Origin: Anaerolineae bacterium
Lineage (GTDB): Bacteria; Chloroflexota; Anaerolineae; CG2-30-64-16
DNA length: 64,000 nucleotides
Direction: 5' to 3'
Assembly (NCBI GenBank): GCA_026645775.1
Contig: JAPKMS010000040.1
Coordinates: 20,406 to 84,405 of the forward strand
A model generated the notes under the pieces. The model ran no database searches and was not told the DNA's origin. It worked only from the letters and a program-made list of their open reading frames with translations. How positions within the stretch are numbered: position 1 is the first letter of the stretch; every line of letters begins with the position of its first letter. A program made the position numbers and the translations under genes. Positions 60,701-64,000 of this stretch are shown piece after piece.

Positions 60701-61240
60701 TTTGCGCGCATAGGACTGCTGGTAGCGTTCCTCGGGGGCGATCAAGACGTTTTTGACCAGTTGCTGGGTGATGGAGCTGGCGCCCTGCACACCGCCGCCG
60801 CGTAGATTTGAGATGAAGGCGCGGACGATGCCCTCGAAGTTTACGCCGATGTTGGTGTAAAAGCTGCGATCTTCCAGCGAGACGGTGGCATAGCGCACCA
60901 GCTCCGGGATCTGGTCGATCTTGAGGTAAGTGCGGTCGCCGCGAAACGGCCGCGGATCGATGGACTCGTACAGCAGGTGCTGGCCCGTCCGATCGTAGAT
61001 CTTGACCGTTTCATAGGTGGCCTGTTCGGTCTGGATGGAGCTGGGATCGGGCAGGTTTTGGGCGAAAAAGGTGTAAACGCCTGCGACCGAGCCCACGGCG
61101 CCGAAGATCAGGGAAAACACCAGGAGTAGATTGACGAGGATGAAGCCGGCGCCGATGTAAAGCGCCCACCGCCCGACGGGCGGGCCGCCCTTGGCGCGGC
61201 GGTAGCGTCGCCAGCGTTGGATTTGTTGCGTGCGATTCAT
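57782..61240 (-). CDS. class A penicillin-binding protein (transglycosylase + transpeptidase) with about 450-aa C-terminal extension
   Basis: GT51 motifs and SxxK transpeptidase region. ATG at 61240 (MNRTQQIQRW). The C-terminal 450 aa are beta-rich and Ig-like. Confidence 0.85.
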   Translation of the reverse strand: MNRTQQIQRWRRYRRAKGGPPVGRWALYIGAGFILVNLLLVFSLIFGAVGSVAGVYTFFAQNLPDPSSIQTEQATYETVKIYDRTGQHLLYESIDPRPFRGDRTYLKIDQIPELVRYATVSLEDRSFYTNIGVNFEGIVRAFISNLRGGGVQGASSITQQLVKNVLIAPEERYQQSYARKLKEAIMAIEITRKYPGIEGKNQILEWYLNYNFYGNAAYGIEAAAKVYYDKTVADLTLDEVAMLAAIPQYPGLNPFQAPDDAYRRQRKVLTSMVDAGYLTQEQADAAKRYFNTPLLKELLEKNLLGQSDLPLVATGDRPATARALNALVKADVLTQEEADSAKKLTGTLWQYTRESAEERFGVPPDAPHFAIYVLQKLEEKYNTPEDPYYIWQNGLRVYTTLDWDLQTYAECAARSHIGSLRLQTPKACQNDLPTFAPVAEALKQKFDHEVTNASVVAIRPNTGEVLVMVGSLDYFDESIDGQINMATSPRQPGSSFKPYTYLTAFESGAFAPSSMVMDVRTVFPDPGNPPYVPENYDRKYHGPQMLRWALQRSYNIPAVWLMDQVGISNVIKTARRVGVSSLDRELNTYGLSLTLGGGQVSLLDHTYAFSVFANGGVMAGQPIPEDLQRPGYRKLDPVVILKIEDKDGKLVHEFTTPSTEEAVKPAANYMLNNVLSDPSPRAVAFGSYANYLVLPGRQVAAKTGTTNEWKDAWTMGYTPQLAVGVWTGNSDNKSMKLADGSITAAPIFNKVLAKGVEGLPAEGWTQPAGITKVRVCVPSGMLPTPDCPQTATEIFLAGHEPVQQDTVYQAFEINRENGKRASACTPPELIQRVVYQVFPSSSADWVRERGLAQPPVEVDGPCGGGELVGDVVIGTPIIGARVKGSVQITGNARSGDFRAYRLEVAAEKTPNDWRQIGPDHGEQVSNGLLETWDTTGFDGLYTLRLVVMENSGNVQTYEAPMAVDNTPPVVSIVHPGKDQKYEMETDELVSITADAQDNWEMDRVVFYLDSQKLGEATVSPYSVRWTIKMTDRVPKLGPPIIATRTITNTDGTVTVEQYVQSETKIETYTRKDGTKGQRLVLTTESGFGQILDSGVLTETHTIYVKAFDKAGNEAESAKVRILVMHKPKEPQKTGLLWPARPAVAWLDERWRM

Positions 61241-61337
61241 AAAGTTCCGTTGTGCTCCGTTGCCAGGCAGGGCCTGGGTGTTATCCAACAGACTGCCTGA
61301 GCCGGTTTTTAGTTCCGTATGGGTCTTGCCACTATAT

Positions 61338-61371
61338 GAGAAAACAGCGGGGGGCAATCTCATCCCCCCGC
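61338..61371 (-). terminator. intrinsic terminator (minus sense) after the methyltransferase gene
   Basis: gcgggggg-atgagattg-ccccccgc followed by TGTTTTCT in the minus sense. Confidence 0.5.
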
Positions 61372-61416
61372 GGCCGAGGTATGTTAGCAGAAAAAGGGGG
61401 GTTTGGCAAAACAGGG

Positions 61417-62253
61417 TCAGCCGGGCAGCCGTTCCAGCACCAGGAAATGGCTCAGCCCGAATGCCTGCAAGGGCGTGTGTTCCAGGGTGTACAGCACGCG
61501 GCGCAGGATGCGCCCCAGGCCGGGGCGCCGCGCGACCACGTTATCGAAGCCGGGGTAGACGATGCTGTGATGGACCACCCGCACCGGCTGCCCGGCAAAC
61601 AGGCCAAGCAGCCCGGCGCTCGTGTAGGCGCGCACGTGCGGCGCCAAGCGGTTGCGCAGCGGATTTGGCAGCCAGTTGATCAGCGGCGTATTGCCGAAGT
61701 GATACTGCCCGCGCCAGTAGTGGCCGTGGGTCTCAAAGGGATACAGCCGATTGGGGCAGAAAAGCGTGAGCCGGCCGCCGGGCGCCAGCACGCGCACCAT
61801 CTCCGCGGCCGCAGTGCGGTCGTCGGAGACGTGCTCGATGACTTCGTGAGAGAACACGACGTCAAAGCTGCCGTCCGCGAGCGGAAGCGCTTCGGCCGGC
61901 GCCAGCACGATGCCCGGGATGCGCGCGGCGGCCTGCGCCGCGACCGCCGGGTCCACCTCAACGCCGACCACGTGCGGGCTGAACCGGCGAAACTGCTCGG
62001 TGTACATGCCCACGCCACAGCCGGCGTCCAGGATGCGCGCGTCCTCCAGCTTTGCCCATTGACGCACCAGCCCCAGCCGGCGCTCTTGTCCGGCCCGCCA
62101 GACGTAAGAAGGATGGCCGAGCCGGGCCGCGTCGTCTGCCGTCCGGCGGTAAACATCGTTAGATGATGTGTCCAACTGTCTTAATCCTGTGGAAGTTTTG
62201 AGCCTACGCCTGGCCTGCAGCGATCCGGCGCGCGAGCTCCGCCTCGATGGCAT
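61417..62253 (-). CDS. class I SAM-dependent methyltransferase (type 11)
   Basis: ILDAGCGVGMY motif I. The start is uncertain: the ATG at 62253 overlaps the upstream gene by 50 nt. Confidence 0.7.
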   Translation of the reverse strand: MPSRRSSRAGSLQARRRLKTSTGLRQLDTSSNDVYRRTADDAARLGHPSYVWRAGQERRLGLVRQWAKLEDARILDAGCGVGMYTEQFRRFSPHVVGVEVDPAVAAQAAARIPGIVLAPAEALPLADGSFDVVFSHEVIEHVSDDRTAAAEMVRVLAPGGRLTLFCPNRLYPFETHGHYWRGQYHFGNTPLINWLPNPLRNRLAPHVRAYTSAGLLGLFAGQPVRVVHHSIVYPGFDNVVARRPGLGRILRRVLYTLEHTPLQAFGLSHFLVLERLPG

Positions 62254-63532
62254 AGCTGTCGCCGTCGATCCGCGCGACCTGGCAGCCCGCGGCCTCCAGC
62301 TCCTGCGCCACCGCTGCAGGGATGGCCTCCGCGCCGCTGCCGATCAGGGTGACGCGGGCGGCCTGGCGCGCCTGGGCCTTGTCGAAGCCGACCGTGAGCC
62401 CAAACGTCTGCACGTAGGCGACGGCAAGCTGCCAGTTCACGCGGCCGGCCGGCGTGTTGACCGGGGCCAGCAACACGTAGTGCGGCAGCGGCTTCTCCGC
62501 CGGTGCGGGCATTTCCGGCACGGCCAGGTTCACGGTGACGCTGTTTTGTCCATCCAGCAGGATTTCAGCGGATGTGACCGCCGTGCCCGCCACCGAGACC
62601 TGGTAAAGCCCGGCCGCCAAGGCCCTGAACGCGAAGCTGTCATCGGCCGCGAGGGCGGTTGTGGCAACTGTGGCGCCCTCGCACAGCAGCACGATTGAAC
62701 GTCCGGCGCCGTTGGTCACGCGGCCCTGCACCACGCTGACGTTAGCAGGCGCCGGTGCGGGCGTTTCCGGCACGGCCAGGTTCACGGTGACGCTGTTCTG
62801 CCCATCCAGCACGATATCGGCGGATGTGACCGCCGTGCCCGCCACCGAGAGCCGGTAAACGCCGGCCGCCAGCGCGCTGAACGAGAAGTTGCCATCGGCC
62901 GCGAGGACCGTTGTGGCAACCGTGGCACCTTCGCGCTGCAGAACGATCGAGCGCCCGGCGCCGTTGGTCACGCGGCCCTGCACCCCGCTGGCGTTGACAG
63001 GCATCGGCACGGCCGCCGTGACACGCTGGAAGGTTACCTCGAAGCTGTGATGGAACCGGGTGTTGCCCGTGGCTTCGTCGGGGTGATCGGTGTGCAGGCC
63101 AGTCACTTTGTCGCTGGCCAGCTCTAGCCCCGGCACCCCCAGCGCGATCACATCACACACCTGGCCGGGCCACATGGGCAGATTGGTGCCAGGCTCGCTG
63201 GTTGGCTTATCCACCGTCACGACCTGGAACCCACCGGACCAGCCGATCCGCGCCTGCGCGCCGTAAATACGGGCGCCGGCCTCGTCGTTGATGTTGACAT
63301 AGAGGTTCTGCCGGCCGTTGTTTTCGTGCGGGGCTAGGTGGCGGACGCGGACGGCCTTCCAATAGCTGGCGCCGGCCGCCGGTGTCGCAGACGTCACCTG
63401 CACGCCATAGGCGGCAGCTTCGTTGGCATCACTGCTGACGCCGCGGCTGACCGCGGCCGGCTGGGATGTCGCTCGGCCAAGCAATGCCTCCCACAACCGC
63501 TTCCAAAATGTCGCGAATGTCATGGCGCGCAT
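62204..63532 (-). CDS. repeat-domain protein: novel module + 2 near-identical CarboxypepD_reg-like repeats + CWB2-like C-terminal domain
   Basis: The tandem 73-aa repeats VQGRVTNGAGRSIVL...NSVTVNLAVPE are about 90% identical. The C-terminal 85 aa align with the C-termini of the ORFs at 1057..4251 and 63537. Confidence 0.65.
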   Translation of the reverse strand: MRAMTFATFWKRLWEALLGRATSQPAAVSRGVSSDANEAAAYGVQVTSATPAAGASYWKAVRVRHLAPHENNGRQNLYVNINDEAGARIYGAQARIGWSGGFQVVTVDKPTSEPGTNLPMWPGQVCDVIALGVPGLELASDKVTGLHTDHPDEATGNTRFHHSFEVTFQRVTAAVPMPVNASGVQGRVTNGAGRSIVLQREGATVATTVLAADGNFSFSALAAGVYRLSVAGTAVTSADIVLDGQNSVTVNLAVPETPAPAPANVSVVQGRVTNGAGRSIVLLCEGATVATTALAADDSFAFRALAAGLYQVSVAGTAVTSAEILLDGQNSVTVNLAVPEMPAPAEKPLPHYVLLAPVNTPAGRVNWQLAVAYVQTFGLTVGFDKAQARQAARVTLIGSGAEAIPAAVAQELEAAGCQVARIDGDSYAIEAELARRIAAGQA

Positions 63533-63536
63533 CCTT

Positions 63537-64000
63537 TCATTGCAGTCGGGCGGCCTGTGCGTAAAGATCGCCGGCCACGCGCTCGACGGCGCAGCCCGCG
63601 GCTCGCAGTGTTTCCTCGGTGGCGGCGTTGATGACGTCGGTATCGCCCAGCAGGATCACCCTGGCGGCCAACTTGGCCTCATCGACGGAAAATCCCAGCG
63701 CGGTGGTCGGATGGCTGGCCAGATACTCCTGCAAGAGACGCAGTCGCAACTGGATGTGGCCCGCGCGGGCTCCGCTGGCCCGTTCCAGCAAGATGTATTC
63801 GGCGAAGACCTTCTCAGTGGGCGAGACCACGCTGTCAGGCGCGATCAGGGTCACGCGGCTGTCCTCGCCGGCCTTCAGCACCACATCGCTGCTGGCGCTG
63901 GAATCGGCCAGGGAAACCGTGTAGAAACCCGGTTCGAGCCGCTCGAAGGCGAACACACCCTCGCTGTCGGTGCTTGTTTCGCCGATCGCACGTCCGGCTT
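63537..64000 (-). CDS. paralogous repeat-domain protein, 3' portion (continues beyond the window)
   Basis: The frame stays open upstream of the nominal GTG. The translation ...TSTDSEGVFAFERLEPGFYTVS is the end of a CarboxypepD_reg-like repeat. The shared C-terminal domain is present. Confidence 0.55.
   Translation of the reverse strand, partial: AGRAIGETSTDSEGVFAFERLEPGFYTVSLADSSASSDVVLKAGEDSRVTLIAPDSVVSPTEKVFAEYILLERASGARAGHIQLRLRLLQEYLASHPTTALGFSVDEAKLAARVILLGDTDVINAATEETLRAAGCAVERVAGDLYAQAARLQ

Noticed and set aside
63954-63956. GTG at 63956 as the start of the 139-aa ORF.
   Set aside because: The frame remains open upstream to the window edge and encodes the end of a CarboxypepD_reg-like repeat, so the gene is treated as 5'-partial.

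Overview
This is a 64 kb window of a high-GC (about 67-68% by eye) bacterial chromosome. It is densely coded on both strands and has many long spurious antisense ORFs. No rRNA, tRNA or CRISPR was recognised. The affiliation is unknown; a Chloroflexota-like organism is a guess only. Recognisable housekeeping genes are hisS (5'-truncated), nadK, recN, pepF, gyrB, glgX, msrPQ, clpB, murA, ubiE/menG, ubiX, surE, a PBP1A-type peptidoglycan synthase, a GH13 amylase and an M20 peptidase. Accessory content falls into eight groups. (1) An orphan ParA-like ATPase is followed by a membrane protein that carries a ParB-type N-terminal ParA-interaction motif but no ParB body. (2) recN is translationally coupled to a standalone PKS/NRPS-type carrier protein and two GNAT acyltransferases. 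(3) A B12-binding radical SAM enzyme sits in an operon with two small ORFs. (4) A GntR(FCD)-regulated ABC transporter lies beside a DapA-family lyase and an AGE-family epimerase, which looks like a sialic-acid-type uptake and catabolism locus. (5) An ECF-type S component is coupled to a NitT/TauT-type ABC ATPase and permease, divergent from a PurM-superfamily gene. (6) A low-GC islet carries an intact VapBC pair, an orphan beta-class DNA methyltransferase and a CSD-DUF1294 protein; elsewhere there are two decayed toxin-antitoxin remnants, a higA with an in-frame amber stop and a frameshifted, 5'-truncated vapC. (7) Three paralogous large repeat-domain proteins share a novel roughly 95-aa module and a C-terminal domain resembling one cell-wall-binding repeat 2 unit. 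(8) A recurring family of purine-rich (AAGG/GAGG/AGGAG-containing) short-tandem-repeat elements, usually paired with a complementary arm to form long imperfect hairpins, occurs at seven or more loci, including one in-frame inside recN.
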